Positions 10,307 through 21,393 of a stretch of 64,000 bases of DNA are shown piece by piece. The notes under the pieces are model-generated. The model searched no databases and had not been told where the DNA came from. It saw nothing but the letters and a program-made list of their open reading frames with translations. The DNA is from a virus. The stretch lies in the IMG/VR virus record IMGVR_UViG_3300007513_000005. One strand, given 5' to 3'. Made by a program: the position numbers and the translations under genes. Each line of letters starts with the position of its first letter. The first letter of the stretch is position 1.

Positions 10307-13300
10307 TGATCTTCACCCTCCTTGTCCTTGCAGATCCCTTCTGCTTCTTCTTCCCCTGGTGTTTCGCACTGTTTTCTTTCTTTAATATTACTTAGTGTCT
10401 CGCCAGTTATTTGTGGCGCGGAAAGTGCGAGAAGACCGAAAGGACCTAGTGGATATCCATACCTGGTGTTGGATCCCGTAGTCAACCCTGCTACGTGTTT
10501 CGAGACTTTAGCAATATCAGAAAAGCTAGGAGTAGGCAATGTAGATAACAAGATGTCTATTGGTAGAGAGTTAATAGGAACATATTGTTTTTTGCCGTTC
10601 TTCTTACCAAATCCTCGATCCAAGTCACCATCATAATTACCATCAACAATGGGATGTCCGACTAACTCATTTGTCAGTCCAGACTTCATTTCACAAGGAT
10701 CCTCCCTGTATTGTTTCCTCATATCTCTATAGGCGGGGTCTCCAAAGCGGCCGACGGTCCTGACGGTACGGGCATAAGATTGTTTCACAAGTTTCTCTAA
10801 TATTTTATAAAACATTTTCCAAAAGTCGCCCATCGTAGCCCCAAAATCAAACGCTCTACTTTCATCAATATCAGTCTCTGGGAATATAACCTCTGGTTCA
10901 TGCGCAGTTCCCGTTATGCCCATATACCCGAGGCAAGCCATCTTAGTTGCAGTTAAAAGACCGTCATCGGACCTGAATTCATCAAAAATTATACTGTTTT
11001 GCAGGGTATGTATTCCAACATACCTATCTAACGGAAACAATATCTTCAAGGCAACGTTAGCAGGATGATTAACAGGCGCGTCATTGATGGGGCGTGATCC
11101 CATCGATGCATCCACTGGTCCGAGAGCAAGTAAGTTTGTTACGATACTCTCCTCTTTTAGTGCATAAATGCGATCCCTAATCATCTCCCTTCTTGTCTGC
11201 AGTCCTATGAATCCTGTTTGGGATGGTGTCATCGGAAAGAAAATCTCCTCTGACTCTTCAGCATACAGATCATCCAAACACCCAACATCCTCTATGTGCT
11301 CGTGAATTGGTATAGAATAAACAAGAGTATTCTTAACGTCATCATCAAAAATATTTATAGGCATGTAACTGTTGGAAACCATAGCAGACCCCAAAGTCTG
11401 AAACGAAGATTGTACCGATGCCAGGTTATAGAAAGATGACCTATAGTCTAAACTTGTTGGGCCCTCGGCAGTATTCAGCGGGTATTTATCAGCATATGCA
11501 AGAAAACATTTCTTCCTGTTAAAGAGAGATCCGTCGGACATAAGCCCAACAGTTCTACTATCGACTGAACTCATATCGACTTGTCTATCTACATGTGGGC
11601 GGAAATCTGCAAATATATCAGATGGTTTTGTTTCCATAACGTTGATGCCAGATACTTCGGAAGACCCCGCGCCAGCTGGTGTAGCAGGTCTCTCGTATTG
11701 ACGATATGCCTTTTGGCCCATCATGAGGCGGCCGCCGATTTGAAGGTTGCTTTTTAGAAAATCATATAACTCTTGTTGCTTTGGCACGATAGTACTCGCG
11801 TAGAACTCGTTTATCGGAATATCCAAATTGAAAGTTTCGTCTTCTTGTACCCCTGATGGTGAATTCCATGTTACTGGTTTTCCAATAGCCAAAGCACCGC
11901 TGGCGGATTTGGGTGATGAAAACTGCCTTTCATCCAAAATAGGAGTGTAAGTCCTGCTGATGTAATAGTCCAGAACCGCTTTTTGCATGCGGCCGCCGCC
12001 ATACCAAGGTGTTCCGCGAGTGCTGGGCGGGGACCCGTATCCGCTTGGATTGGAACCGATCCTCCAGTCATCAAGATTAACCTTCATCGAGTCGGCGTTG
12101 TCTTCTCGTAAAGAATAATACCATTTTCTCGCATAGTCTATCGACCTCTTTGCTGTAGCAACTTGCTCAAAAATTTCCTTTGCGTTGTCGTAGTACCCAG
12201 AACCGCGAGGCATTCTGGGGTCATCTCTCCAGTGCACTCTTGTTTTGATAGTGTTTTCTTCTGAAGTGTTTGTCGGCCAGTTGTGTATGATATCTATCAT
12301 ATTTGTCAAACATTCAACAATAAGTTCCGCCTTGCGTCGTCTGGGGATGTCTTTATATGCGTACCCTGGATTATCACTGTACCTTTCTTGCTCGAAAACA
12401 AACTCGCGCCCTAGCCACTTATAGGCACCTAACTTTGACCATTGAGCATGAAACGTCTCGGCCCATGGTCTCGTGAGTGTGCCGACGCCAGGGAATGCCT
12501 TGGGAAGCGCTTCTGGACCCTCTATGTTATTGCTCCAAGTTCGGAGCATTTCGCGGTTTGCGTCAAACGCGCCGTCGTCTGCGTTGACGTCGTCAATAAT
12601 AAACAACACTCTTTCTATAAGTTCTCCCTTGGATACTTGTCCAGACCTGTAGGCGTAGTCAAGTTCTGTCAATATTGCGTCTTCTGATAGTGGTTCTATT
12701 ATTTCTGCTGCTTCTATAGTTCTCGGACTTGGATTGCCCCAATTTATACCATAACCAGAAATGTTTGCCGTGAACCCGAACGGGGTTCCGCCGCTTTCCA
12801 CATCGGGATGCCTAGTTATAACGTTCTCTGGTTTCTTGGCAGCGAACCCTATGTCAATCATCATCCTAATTGCTATGGACTTATAACAGCGGCCAGAGTG
12901 CCAAATCTGTCGGGCGGATGGGGAATCATATACATAATACGCAGGCAGAGTGGGGCGTCCAGCAAAAAAGTTACTTATTAGTTTTAGATAAAACTTCTGA
13001 ACAAAATCATATTCAACTCTATTTCTCTCCAGATTTTCCTCAAGTGCCTGCATCCTCTCCACTCTAGTGTCAGTATCTTCGGCGCCAAAAAGTAGGTGCT
13101 CCATGTCAGTTGGGGAAACATATTCGGAATACAAACTTGTCTCGGGGTTGGTACCGATGTTGAGTATGTTCCGAAGCAAAGGATCCGAGTCTACTTCTAA
13201 GTACAATTCATTGTAAATCCTAAAAAACTCTGGAAAATTCTTTATTCTATAGAATTTCTCCATCCAGAAGTGTCCAGAGTTTATCTTTTTCTGAATCAAC

Positions 13301-16300
13301 TCCTCTGAGTATCCCTCAAAGGCAAACCTATCATATATGTTTGGAATTATTGCGGCGACGGGCATACGCTTGTACCCATCAAGTAAATTGTTGGTATATT
13401 CTGTTGCCCACCTTAGATCATAAACATTCTGATCTGCGCGTTCTTGCAAAGTGATGCCTAGGGCGTCTTGTTCCATTGCATCGGCCTGCTGCGTGTAGGA
13501 TATTTTTGCAAAAATATCCGAAGATTCTTCAGCCAGACGTCTCAGTTCACGGATGCGCGCATGGCGAGAGAGGTGGTCGAGGACCCAATCGGACGAGCGT
13601 ATCCTCTCTACCTTATCCAAGTGTTGTCTTAACACCTCCAGGTCTTCTCGTCGGGCAGATGCATCCGTCGGATCTTCTTGGATAATTATTTTTGGATAAT
13701 TGTCAATGCTAGGAACTTCTTTCGCATTTTCAGCAATCTCATTCCTGACTTTTTCTGAAAAAGAAGCATATTTACCATCAAATACTTTTGTTACGAATTC
13801 TTCAATAGATTTCGTATCGATGTTTTTGAGTATTAATGACCTTAATGCTGCTTTTTCGTCATCCATTTTTGTTATTTTTTTGACTGTTTTTATGACTTTG
13901 TCTTTAATACTCGTAGAATTAACCTTCTTTTCGATGTCATTCATGACATAATTTACAACATAATCAATCATAAACTGAGAGTCGAAGGCGCCTTTGGGTC
14001 CAAAGTTTGAAAACAAGAACATGCTCTTAAAAATAATCTCCATACATGAAAACTTGACATACAACCCAAATAGACCAGCAGCAGAAGAGGTTTGAAGTGG
14101 ACCTGGTTCAGTGAAGTCTCTAAATTGTGGGTCATTTTCTGGTTTTTCAGTTTCATTTTTATATGAGCTTAGAAAATCCTCAACTATCTTTTCAAAATCC
14201 AGCAGTTTCGGGTTCGGGACATAACACGGTTTCCCCTGTAGAGACCCCTCAACTATGAAATCTTTAGATATATCTTGCTGTAATTGATACATTTCATCAA
14301 ATGAAAAGTATTTTGAATTCTTTACCAAGTCTGAAATGTGAAAATTAAAGGCATCTGAAAAACCTTCATAGATAGAAAACCCGTCCTGTCGAGTCGCTGC
14401 TGTTTGAGCAATTAAGTTTAACAAATAAACGATGCGCTCGGTTCCAGTTATGTCTCCGTCGCCGTCGGCGTCGAGTGTCAACCCACCACTTCCTTCAATA
14501 AATCCAGAAATATGATTTCTAATCGAATTTTCCTCATAAACATCGAGATTTGTTTCCGATTTGTTATCCGAGACTTTCTTTAACCCTTCGATATACAAGT
14601 CTGCGAAACCACCAGGTCTCAACAATTTGTCAACATGCTTATCTGATTGTATGTCGATGGACTGCTTTCTTGCCTCAATGTATTCCGCAGGCAGTTGCTC
14701 CTTGTAAACCTTATTAAAGTAAACGCTTTCAAAATTATCCGATGCGTAATTGACAATATATGAAACCCTATAGCAGTCCTTCATCTGACTGGAGATAAAT
14801 GGCATGTCGGAATATCCTGCTGATATCCTACTAGGCGTGTTAGATTTACTATCAACATTGTCTGGTTGGAATTCACTCGGTCTAGTCATAACTCTGACGT
14901 GCAATTCTCTATACGGAGATCCTGTAGTTGCAGTTGTTTTTCTCGTAACCGTAGTCACATCACTTGAGGAGATGTCTCTCATCTCAGGAAACACATGTGG
15001 ATCTTCTTTTGAATACTTTATGACATACCCTGTAATCTTCTCTTCGATGAGATCAGCCAACTGCTCAGCCTTCTCAGGATCAGAGTCGCCCGTTGGGTTG
15101 AGTAGGATCGCTTCGGCATCCGTAGAATTGTCTTGAAAATAAAATTGCATATACTGCAGTTCTTCCCTGGGTATGCCGATAGATTCAAACCATAAAATGA
15201 CCTTCAAGCGATCGAAAGGACTAATTGATCTGGCGGTCGCTATTTTGCCTGCCTTTCTAGCAGGTAACTGATTTTCTAAATTTTGTACCTGTGTTGTGTA
15301 ATATTTATAATACAGATAATCCTTGCTGTTAAATCCTGGCTCTCCAGGTGCGATTAGTGACTCGTTCATATCGACCATGGCGTCTGGGATTCCTGTTATT
15401 TCCAAACTAAATGCACTCTTCACATTACTTAACAAGGACTTAACTGCCATCTTAGCAACTCTATCGTGATGAGGGTTACTATATGGTCCTGGCATGTCTT
15501 TCGCTTTTAGTTCTGATGGCAGGTTTCCTGGTAGTAGTGAGTCGAAATTACCATCTGATGCTATCTTTCTTAGCGCATCTCTTCTTTTTTGAGCACCCTT
15601 CATCTGTTGTGCAATTTCTTTACTTGAAATTCCAGCTTGCTCCAACCTTTTCCTCAACCCATCCATGCCCGACCTTTCTTCACAAAGAGCATCAGCGACG
15701 ATGACTTCTTCTATTTCTCGCAATCGATCGCAAAGATAGGGGTCTACCACTTGTCCCAACACTCTAAAGAACTCACTTATTTCTGCAAGAGTTTTCATAA
15801 CTGTCTTTAGTTGCGAATCTGAAGACTTTATAACATTCAACACAACAGTCAAGACGCTTGGACTTGCCTGTCCTTGCAACAAATCACACAACTCAGATGG
15901 TCTAAGTACCAAACTTATAGAATCAAACAAAGAAGATATAGAACTTTCCGACTCTCCAAACAAAACATCTTGCGGAATACCTAAATTACTTAAAACTTCT
16001 GAGGTTTTTTCTGCCAGATCTGCTTTTTGTTCAGCATTTGCAAACGGGTTTTCCTTATTCTTATCATTCAACTTAGACAATTGGGCGGCGCCGTACTGCA
16101 AAGCATCGACACAGTCTGGATATGAAATTGCTTCTAAGATGTTTTTTACCATTTCGCAAATGAAAGATATGATCATGTCAGATAATGCAATTTTCATTTG
16201 AGGCAAAACAAAGTGCAACGGGTTAAAAGTTGGCAACTTAGGCAAAGAAGGAATCTCAAATTTAAACTGTAAGTCAAACTCTATATCATCTAATCCTGGT

Positions 16301-18705
16301 ACACACTTCTTGTAATCACAAAGAATCATTTGAGGATCCCATTTCTGCAAAAACTCTCTCCACATATCTTCAAAGTTGCAAGCGATTTCACCAAATTTTG
16401 GATACACATCAGAAGTTTGAATAGTTTTTCCCTTTTGTTCAAAAAATGTTGATTCCAAAAGATTATCGAGACTTCTATTGGCAAGCCTCTTTTGCTCCAA
16501 GATGTGTGCTTCGATTGTTTTTATGCCGCGTCGGTCAAAATCTAGTCTAAGATTCACCCCCTTTGCCTTGCCTGGCCTAAATACAAAATTCGGCACTGGG
16601 TAGTGAAATCTACTAAAAAACAAAACAGCAGGTATCTTTTCAGCTTCATTACATGGGTTTGGTCTTAAGGATTTTATTATCTCTGGTGCACTGTCTTCGC
16701 CAGATGTCCTGGTTAATGAATACAGGTACGACACCGTTGCGGGATAAATAAACGGATCTTTTGTTGTAAAGTCAGTAACTCCTGTCGTTAACTCCTTCCT
16801 CTTGCCCTTAGCGTTGGTATTGTCAACGTGTATAACTTTGTATATTCTATGCCCAACAACCATCTCCACATTTTGACTAAGTTTTGGAGTGCCTGGTGCT
16901 GTCATCTCTGGTTGGGCAGTGCCATCTACAGGTAACGGTATATCTACCTTTTTCTTCACTTCATCAAAGTAGATCTCCAATTTATCTTTACTAGTAGGGC
17001 CAACCTTGAGAGTCCTTCCGTTAGCAGACAGGAACCCCTCCAGGGCGGCAATGAGATTCATCAACCTCTTGGATTCGACCACAGGATCTATTTGTGGAAA
17101 GATTGGTGGTGGTGGTGGCGGATTTTGAGCAAACTTATTATAAGGTCTTTTTGCCTTTGGGTTTGGTTTATTATCTTCTTCAAATTTCTTTATTTCTTTA
17201 TCAAATGCTGCCAATTCTTCCGAAACTTTTTCTATGTGTCCGCGAATTTCCTGAATTGTGTAAATTCCAGGATTTACGAGAGAGTTTTCTCCCTTTCTGG
17301 CAGCGTTGGCGGATTCTACCTCTTCCTTGGTAGCCTCATCACGCTTTGTTTGGCTTGCACCTTGTCCAGTGCGAGATTTGTTCCAGAGATTCTTTACGGA
17401 ATCCTTTGCGGCCTTTTCGGCCTGCATCTTCTTGCCATCGGCCCACTTCTTTGCGCCAGACTTAAGGGAACTTCCTTGGCGTTTCCAAAAATCCCCAGTG
17501 AGTGGTTTTCCAAGATCATTATTTACAAAATCCTTTGCTGCTTTGAATCCCGCAGCGGCAGCTGCAACGTTGTTTGGGTCCAATACATTGACAGTTCCTC
17601 CCAAATCTGCGGCACCAGCACCCCCACGAATCTGATTAAACATATCCTTTCTTATGCGAATGGACATAGAGTATGTTGAGTTGGGTCTTGCGCCTGGTTG
17701 CTCTAGGGAAACGATTGCTGCAAATACTGGACTTGCGCCATAATCCAAACTTTGTCCAAACAAGACATCTACCTTTTCTCCATTCAATTGCTCATTTAAG
17801 GACATACTATCTATCGTAAAGGTAAATTTCATTCCACTAACAAAACCATTTGCGCTGGCGGTGCGGTCTAACCCCTCTTGCAGATTGTCCTCCCCTTCTG
17901 TGTTGATCTGTAAATCATATCCACCTACCCTACCTTGGTGTTGCAAGATTTCTTCAAAAAGTCGTCTCGGCAGATCTTCATCATCGATGGCGTCCTGCAG
18001 GGGTGATACGATTGGAACAAAACTTCGTTTGCCTGCATCTATGGTCCAGGTTTTTTCTTTCCCGTAAAATTCAAAAGTTTCAGTAACTGCCTGTCTAAAC
18101 ATCTGCTGCTTAACTTCTGGATTTTCTTCAAGGTATTTATCAGCGTCCTTGTATCCTGCAGCTGAAATGGTTTGTCTTGTTATATCAGTCTGGAGTTTGT
18201 ACAACACATAATTTCCTACAATCTTCGGTGCATCTTGTTCTGAAGATGGCGTATGGAAAGATTCTGATGGGTCGCCGCCAGAAGGCAATCCAGCCAGGTG
18301 ATTCAAAAATGCTGGTGTAGATATGAGCGATTGCATAGCACGTCCGAGTCCAAGTTCATTCAATACCTGCCAAGTTGGTTCTCCGATTTGACCCCTTTCT
18401 GACATGAATCCGCCTGGCAAGTCAATGTTGATAATTGCATCCGTGCCTGTGTCCATGCCATATTTACCTATCTCAAATATTCTTGCTCTGTTGTCTTCCT
18501 GGAACTGTACCAGTGCGTTTTCAGTTACTGCATCAAACTCTGCGCTGGTGGTTTCAAGATCCCCCATTCCAAGGAAATATTTTACAACATGAACTGCAAG
18601 ACCTCTTGCTCCCGCTTGCATAGGCAACTCAAAAGTGATTGCTGATTCGTGCTCTTTCCCGTTCTGATCTCTGTATGTGAATGGTTTCTTTCTAAATGTT
18701 GTCAT
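10303..18705 (-). CDS. 2800-aa probable virion protein with N-terminal peptidoglycan-binding-like domain
   Basis: GARGLAVHVVKYFLG...FDAVTENALVQFQEDN...GQIGEPTWQVL resembles PG_binding_1. It has charged helical stretches and one DADGDGD Ca-binding-like motif. It lies between the spike-like and gp25-like genes. Confidence 0.55.
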   Translation of the reverse strand: MTTFRKKPFTYRDQNGKEHESAITFELPMQAGARGLAVHVVKYFLGMGDLETTSAEFDAVTENALVQFQEDNRARIFEIGKYGMDTGTDAIINIDLPGGFMSERGQIGEPTWQVLNELGLGRAMQSLISTPAFLNHLAGLPSGGDPSESFHTPSSEQDAPKIVGNYVLYKLQTDITRQTISAAGYKDADKYLEENPEVKQQMFRQAVTETFEFYGKEKTWTIDAGKRSFVPIVSPLQDAIDDEDLPRRLFEEILQHQGRVGGYDLQINTEGEDNLQEGLDRTASANGFVSGMKFTFTIDSMSLNEQLNGEKVDVLFGQSLDYGASPVFAAIVSLEQPGARPNSTYSMSIRIRKDMFNQIRGGAGAADLGGTVNVLDPNNVAAAAAGFKAAKDFVNNDLGKPLTGDFWKRQGSSLKSGAKKWADGKKMQAEKAAKDSVKNLWNKSRTGQGASQTKRDEATKEEVESANAARKGENSLVNPGIYTIQEIRGHIEKVSEELAAFDKEIKKFEEDNKPNPKAKRPYNKFAQNPPPPPPIFPQIDPVVESKRLMNLIAALEGFLSANGRTLKVGPTSKDKLEIYFDEVKKKVDIPLPVDGTAQPEMTAPGTPKLSQNVEMVVGHRIYKVIHVDNTNAKGKRKELTTGVTDFTTKDPFIYPATVSYLYSLTRTSGEDSAPEIIKSLRPNPCNEAEKIPAVLFFSRFHYPVPNFVFRPGKAKGVNLRLDFDRRGIKTIEAHILEQKRLANRSLDNLLESTFFEQKGKTIQTSDVYPKFGEIACNFEDMWREFLQKWDPQMILCDYKKCVPGLDDIEFDLQFKFEIPSLPKLPTFNPLHFVLPQMKIALSDMIISFICEMVKNILEAISYPDCVDALQYGAAQLSKLNDKNKENPFANAEQKADLAEKTSEVLSNLGIPQDVLFGESESSISSLFDSISLVLRPSELCDLLQGQASPSVLTVVLNVIKSSDSQLKTVMKTLAEISEFFRVLGQVVDPYLCDRLREIEEVIVADALCEERSGMDGLRKRLEQAGISSKEIAQQMKGAQKRRDALRKIASDGNFDSLLPGNLPSELKAKDMPGPYSNPHHDRVAKMAVKSLLSNVKSAFSLEITGIPDAMVDMNESLIAPGEPGFNSKDYLYYKYYTTQVQNLENQLPARKAGKIATARSISPFDRLKVILWFESIGIPREELQYMQFYFQDNSTDAEAILLNPTGDSDPEKAEQLADLIEEKITGYVIKYSKEDPHVFPEMRDISSSDVTTVTRKTTATTGSPYRELHVRVMTRPSEFQPDNVDSKSNTPSRISAGYSDMPFISSQMKDCYRVSYIVNYASDNFESVYFNKVYKEQLPAEYIEARKQSIDIQSDKHVDKLLRPGGFADLYIEGLKKVSDNKSETNLDVYEENSIRNHISGFIEGSGGLTLDADGDGDITGTERIVYLLNLIAQTAATRQDGFSIYEGFSDAFNFHISDLVKNSKYFSFDEMYQLQQDISKDFIVEGSLQGKPCYVPNPKLLDFEKIVEDFLSSYKNETEKPENDPQFRDFTEPGPLQTSSAAGLFGLYVKFSCMEIIFKSMFLFSNFGPKGAFDSQFMIDYVVNYVMNDIEKKVNSTSIKDKVIKTVKKITKMDDEKAALRSLILKNIDTKSIEEFVTKVFDGKYASFSEKVRNEIAENAKEVPSIDNYPKIIIQEDPTDASARREDLEVLRQHLDKVERIRSSDWVLDHLSRHARIRELRRLAEESSDIFAKISYTQQADAMEQDALGITLQERADQNVYDLRWATEYTNNLLDGYKRMPVAAIIPNIYDRFAFEGYSEELIQKKINSGHFWMEKFYRIKNFPEFFRIYNELYLEVDSDPLLRNILNIGTNPETSLYSEYVSPTDMEHLLFGAEDTDTRVERMQALEENLERNRVEYDFVQKFYLKLISNFFAGRPTLPAYYVYDSPSARQIWHSGRCYKSIAIRMMIDIGFAAKKPENVITRHPDVESGGTPFGFTANISGYGINWGNPSPRTIEAAEIIEPLSEDAILTELDYAYRSGQVSKGELIERVLFIIDDVNADDGAFDANREMLRTWSNNIEGPEALPKAFPGVGTLTRPWAETFHAQWSKLGAYKWLGREFVFEQERYSDNPGYAYKDIPRRRKAELIVECLTNMIDIIHNWPTNTSEENTIKTRVHWRDDPRMPRGSGYYDNAKEIFEQVATAKRSIDYARKWYYSLREDNADSMKVNLDDWRIGSNPSGYGSPPSTRGTPWYGGGRMQKAVLDYYISRTYTPILDERQFSSPKSASGALAIGKPVTWNSPSGVQEDETFNLDIPINEFYASTIVPKQQELYDFLKSNLQIGGRLMMGQKAYRQYERPATPAGAGSSEVSGINVMETKPSDIFADFRPHVDRQVDMSSVDSRTVGLMSDGSLFNRKKCFLAYADKYPLNTAEGPTSLDYRSSFYNLASVQSSFQTLGSAMVSNSYMPINIFDDDVKNTLVYSIPIHEHIEDVGCLDDLYAEESEEIFFPMTPSQTGFIGLQTRREMIRDRIYALKEESIVTNLLALGPVDASMGSRPINDAPVNHPANVALKILFPLDRYVGIHTLQNSIIFDEFRSDDGLLTATKMACLGYMGITGTAHEPEVIFPETDIDESRAFDFGATMGDFWKMFYKILEKLVKQSYARTVRTVGRFGDPAYRDMRKQYREDPCEMKSGLTNELVGHPIVDGNYDGDLDRGFGKKNGKKQYVPINSLPIDILLSTLPTPSFSDIAKVSKHVAGLTTGSNTRYGYPLGPFGLLALSAPQITGETLSNIKERKQCETPGEEEAEGICKDKEGEDQ

Positions 18706-18706
18706 A

Positions 18707-20725
18707 TTAATTAACCTTATTATACTTACTCTTTATGGAAGCTTTTGAACCATCTTCTAAGTAAGTTTTTTCTATTACTTCAGGATTTTGCTGTAGCGAG
18801 AAAGCAGAGAAAGTATCCACAGACACTAATTTCATAACCTTTTCTAACATCTTGACCGTTAGTGCTGGTAGTTTAACCGATACTCCGGCTGTTGGTGTAA
18901 CATGCTCATGATTTAGTATTGCACCATACACCTCAATCATATCCTTCTTCAAAGAAGTAATGGCCCCCGCGATTTGTGCCTGGTTGTTTAACATCTCTTT
19001 TAGCAACAAAGTTAGATAGTCGCCTTTGATTAATGGTTGTAACTCATTTGCCTTGTTTGCCGCTATCAAACAAATACCCAAAGGTTCATTTGCACCTGAC
19101 CCTCCTTTTGAGTTTACTGATTCAGCGTTTTCAGTCACCAGTCGAATGCCAGATTTGCGAGATATTATTCTAATTCCATCTGCCTTCATCGCTATGCCAG
19201 AGATGGCCCTGGATGGTTTTGTCTTCGGCGGTAAGGATAGAGAGAAGTTCTCATCTAAATCAGTTTTTTGAGAAATATAAATTCTTGCAGCGTCCATTAC
19301 CGTGAGTGTTTCACCATTCTCATAAGTAAATCTTTCGGATGTAAAGATTGGTCCAACATGTTGTTTTCTACCTTTCGAGTCGAAAGATATTGGTTTTGGT
19401 GACATTCTACCTACAACAATATCAATTGCACCTGCTTGAGTGTGTCCCTGTCCAGGCCCATACCCAGTACTAAGTCCGGCTGGTCGGTCTCTACCAAAAA
19501 CTATCCAGGTATTATTTTTACCCGTAACGACTTTGTCCGATGAGCACTTATCAAAAAAAGGTACTGGTTCTGGAAGAGGTCTGTCCAATAGTCCTGTATT
19601 TGGACCGACACCTACATTTGGCGCAACATCTCTCGCTATACCATCAGTCATAATGACAGGTTGAGACCCTGGTTTTACTTTTGTTGGTGCTGCTGGTCTT
19701 TTATCCTCTACAGATTCTGCCTTTGATTTGACTACAGATGTTGTGCCGTCTTGTCCTAATGTCGGATCTGCTTCAAAATGTTCATATCCGAGGTCCTCTG
19801 GTGTTTCCAGAGGTGCTACTGGAAGTCCAGAAACCGAACCTTCTCCAAATAAAAGATTTGCTTCTCTCATTTCTCGCATAAACCTTTCAACATCTGCATC
19901 ATTTACGGGAGGTTTTGGCATACTGAGAGTCATGCCAGCAATCTGATTCGACGCGCCTGGTGGTAAACTTGCCATACCAGGAAGATCAGATAAAGCGCCT
20001 GGTGGTGGTTTTAATGGATATTCTTCAAAACTATATGCGTCATCAGCAGTCGGAGGTATTCTACTATAGAGTATATCATACAAAGAGGGGTGCTCGGTTT
20101 TAAACTTTACTATAAATTGATCTACTGAGGTATTTGCGAACTGATCTGCCTTCCAACCTTGATAATCTTCTTTAGATATCGTATAACTTGCATCAACCAC
20201 ACCAAGGCCGCTGACAACTTCAATATAAAGAGTGTCCTCTGTTCTGGTGAACAGGACAGTCTGCTCTGTCAAATCTTCGTCTAATGAAGAGGATTCGTCT
20301 CTTTCAATATCTCTCTGGTTTGCTTCAAGTGGGTCGGCCTGTTCGGTTGGACCAATGGTATCCTCCGCTTCGTCTTCTGGTTCCATACCAGGAGGATCTG
20401 GGTTGGAGGGAGGAACTTGTCCTGTTCGTGCTGCCTCTCTTATTTCAGACTCTCTTTGTATATCCCTTCTTGCTACTGAGGCATCAGTACCTCGAACTGA
20501 GTACTGAGATCCACCGATGGGCGTTACAATAAATTCGACACTTTCATTATTGATCCTGTGGCCAAACCATTCGATACCATTCTGCCTGTAGTACTCTTCT
20601 ATCCTGTCTTCAAGTTCAAAAATTCCTGAACCATCGGGCTTGGCACTAAGGCGCAGACCTTCCTCTGTAAATTTTGGATTTCCGAGATAAATTGTTTTTA
20701 ACTGTTCAAACGTCTTCTGTGCCAT
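18707..20725 (-). CDS. Putative baseplate central spike (gp5 C-terminal/GpV-like) protein
   Basis: 672 aa. An acidic N-half is followed by a beta-strand-rich C-half (RIYISQKTD, IAMKADGIRIISRKSGIRLVT) and an HxH motif (NHEHV) near the C-terminus. Position in the baseplate cluster supports the call. Confidence 0.5.
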   Translation of the reverse strand: MAQKTFEQLKTIYLGNPKFTEEGLRLSAKPDGSGIFELEDRIEEYYRQNGIEWFGHRINNESVEFIVTPIGGSQYSVRGTDASVARRDIQRESEIREAARTGQVPPSNPDPPGMEPEDEAEDTIGPTEQADPLEANQRDIERDESSSLDEDLTEQTVLFTRTEDTLYIEVVSGLGVVDASYTISKEDYQGWKADQFANTSVDQFIVKFKTEHPSLYDILYSRIPPTADDAYSFEEYPLKPPPGALSDLPGMASLPPGASNQIAGMTLSMPKPPVNDADVERFMREMREANLLFGEGSVSGLPVAPLETPEDLGYEHFEADPTLGQDGTTSVVKSKAESVEDKRPAAPTKVKPGSQPVIMTDGIARDVAPNVGVGPNTGLLDRPLPEPVPFFDKCSSDKVVTGKNNTWIVFGRDRPAGLSTGYGPGQGHTQAGAIDIVVGRMSPKPISFDSKGRKQHVGPIFTSERFTYENGETLTVMDAARIYISQKTDLDENFSLSLPPKTKPSRAISGIAMKADGIRIISRKSGIRLVTENAESVNSKGGSGANEPLGICLIAANKANELQPLIKGDYLTLLLKEMLNNQAQIAGAITSLKKDMIEVYGAILNHEHVTPTAGVSVKLPALTVKMLEKVMKLVSVDTFSAFSLQQNPEVIEKTYLEDGSKASIKSKYNKVN

Positions 20726-20734
20726 AAACTTAAC

Positions 20735-20751
20735 CTTCTATATTATAATTA
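20735..20751 (-). promoter_or_regulatory. 17-nt element TAATTATAATATAGAAG, copy 1
   Basis: Identical 17-mer at 48430-48446. Both copies are followed by AGGTTAAG and a start codon. Confidence 0.6.
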
Positions 20752-20790
20752 ATCTCTTGTTGTTTTTTTGTATATCTTCAAATTGCTAGA

Positions 20791-21393
20791 TCACCTACTT
20801 TTCAGGGGTTTCACTATAGCGCCTTTAGCGCCGAACTTTTGTTTGGATTTGGGGCCCCCTTTCTTTGGTTTTGGTGGTTTTTTGGGATCTTCATAATTCA
20901 ATTCAGATGAGGACGTACCTTCGATTATGCCATAATTGTCCCCTATCATAATAACATCAACTACCCTGTCCTGTGCCATTAAACTAGTTTCTTGATCTTC
21001 TACAAAAATCTCATATATAACTGGACACAACTCCTTTACTACGTTATTGGGATCAATAAAAGATGAAATCCCAGTGACGATCGCCCTATGCTCCACAACT
21101 ATAATTGCTTCGTCACTGTCTTCAGATCTACGAAAATTGAGAGACCCAATGACGCCATCTCTGTGTGGTTCAGGTATTGCACTTGTTGGTAACTTTCTAG
21201 AACTTATTATAATAGCAGGGTAACGTTTTCCTGCTGCATCTACAGTTCTGGATCTACTCATATGATCGATTGCTGCTTCGGTGTCGACAACAACATCTCC
21301 CGACAGTGCAAGCACAGTCGAAGCCAAAACGAGCGTCCTCGACGTTTCATAAGATTGAAGTTTTCTTTTTAACTTTTCTAGTTCTTCACTCAT
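20791..21393 (-). CDS. Paralogue C of tandem triplet: shared N-terminal domain plus Lys/Pro-rich tail, no enzyme domain
   Basis: 200 aa. Aligns by eye with the N-termini of the two upstream genes (PAIII...H...DSD...H..V.G...IYE...V.M...NYGI...PPKP). Confidence 0.7.
   Translation of the reverse strand: MSEELEKLKRKLQSYETSRTLVLASTVLALSGDVVVDTEAAIDHMSRSRTVDAAGKRYPAIIISSRKLPTSAIPEPHRDGVIGSLNFRRSEDSDEAIIVVEHRAIVTGISSFIDPNNVVKELCPVIYEIFVEDQETSLMAQDRVVDVIMIGDNYGIIEGTSSSELNYEDPKKPPKPKKGGPKSKQKFGAKGAIVKPLKSR

Noticed and set aside
10303-18705. Intein or tape-measure assignment for the 2800-aa protein
   Set aside because: I saw no intein splice motifs or LAGLIDADG blocks and no regular tape-measure repeat, so the function is left open.
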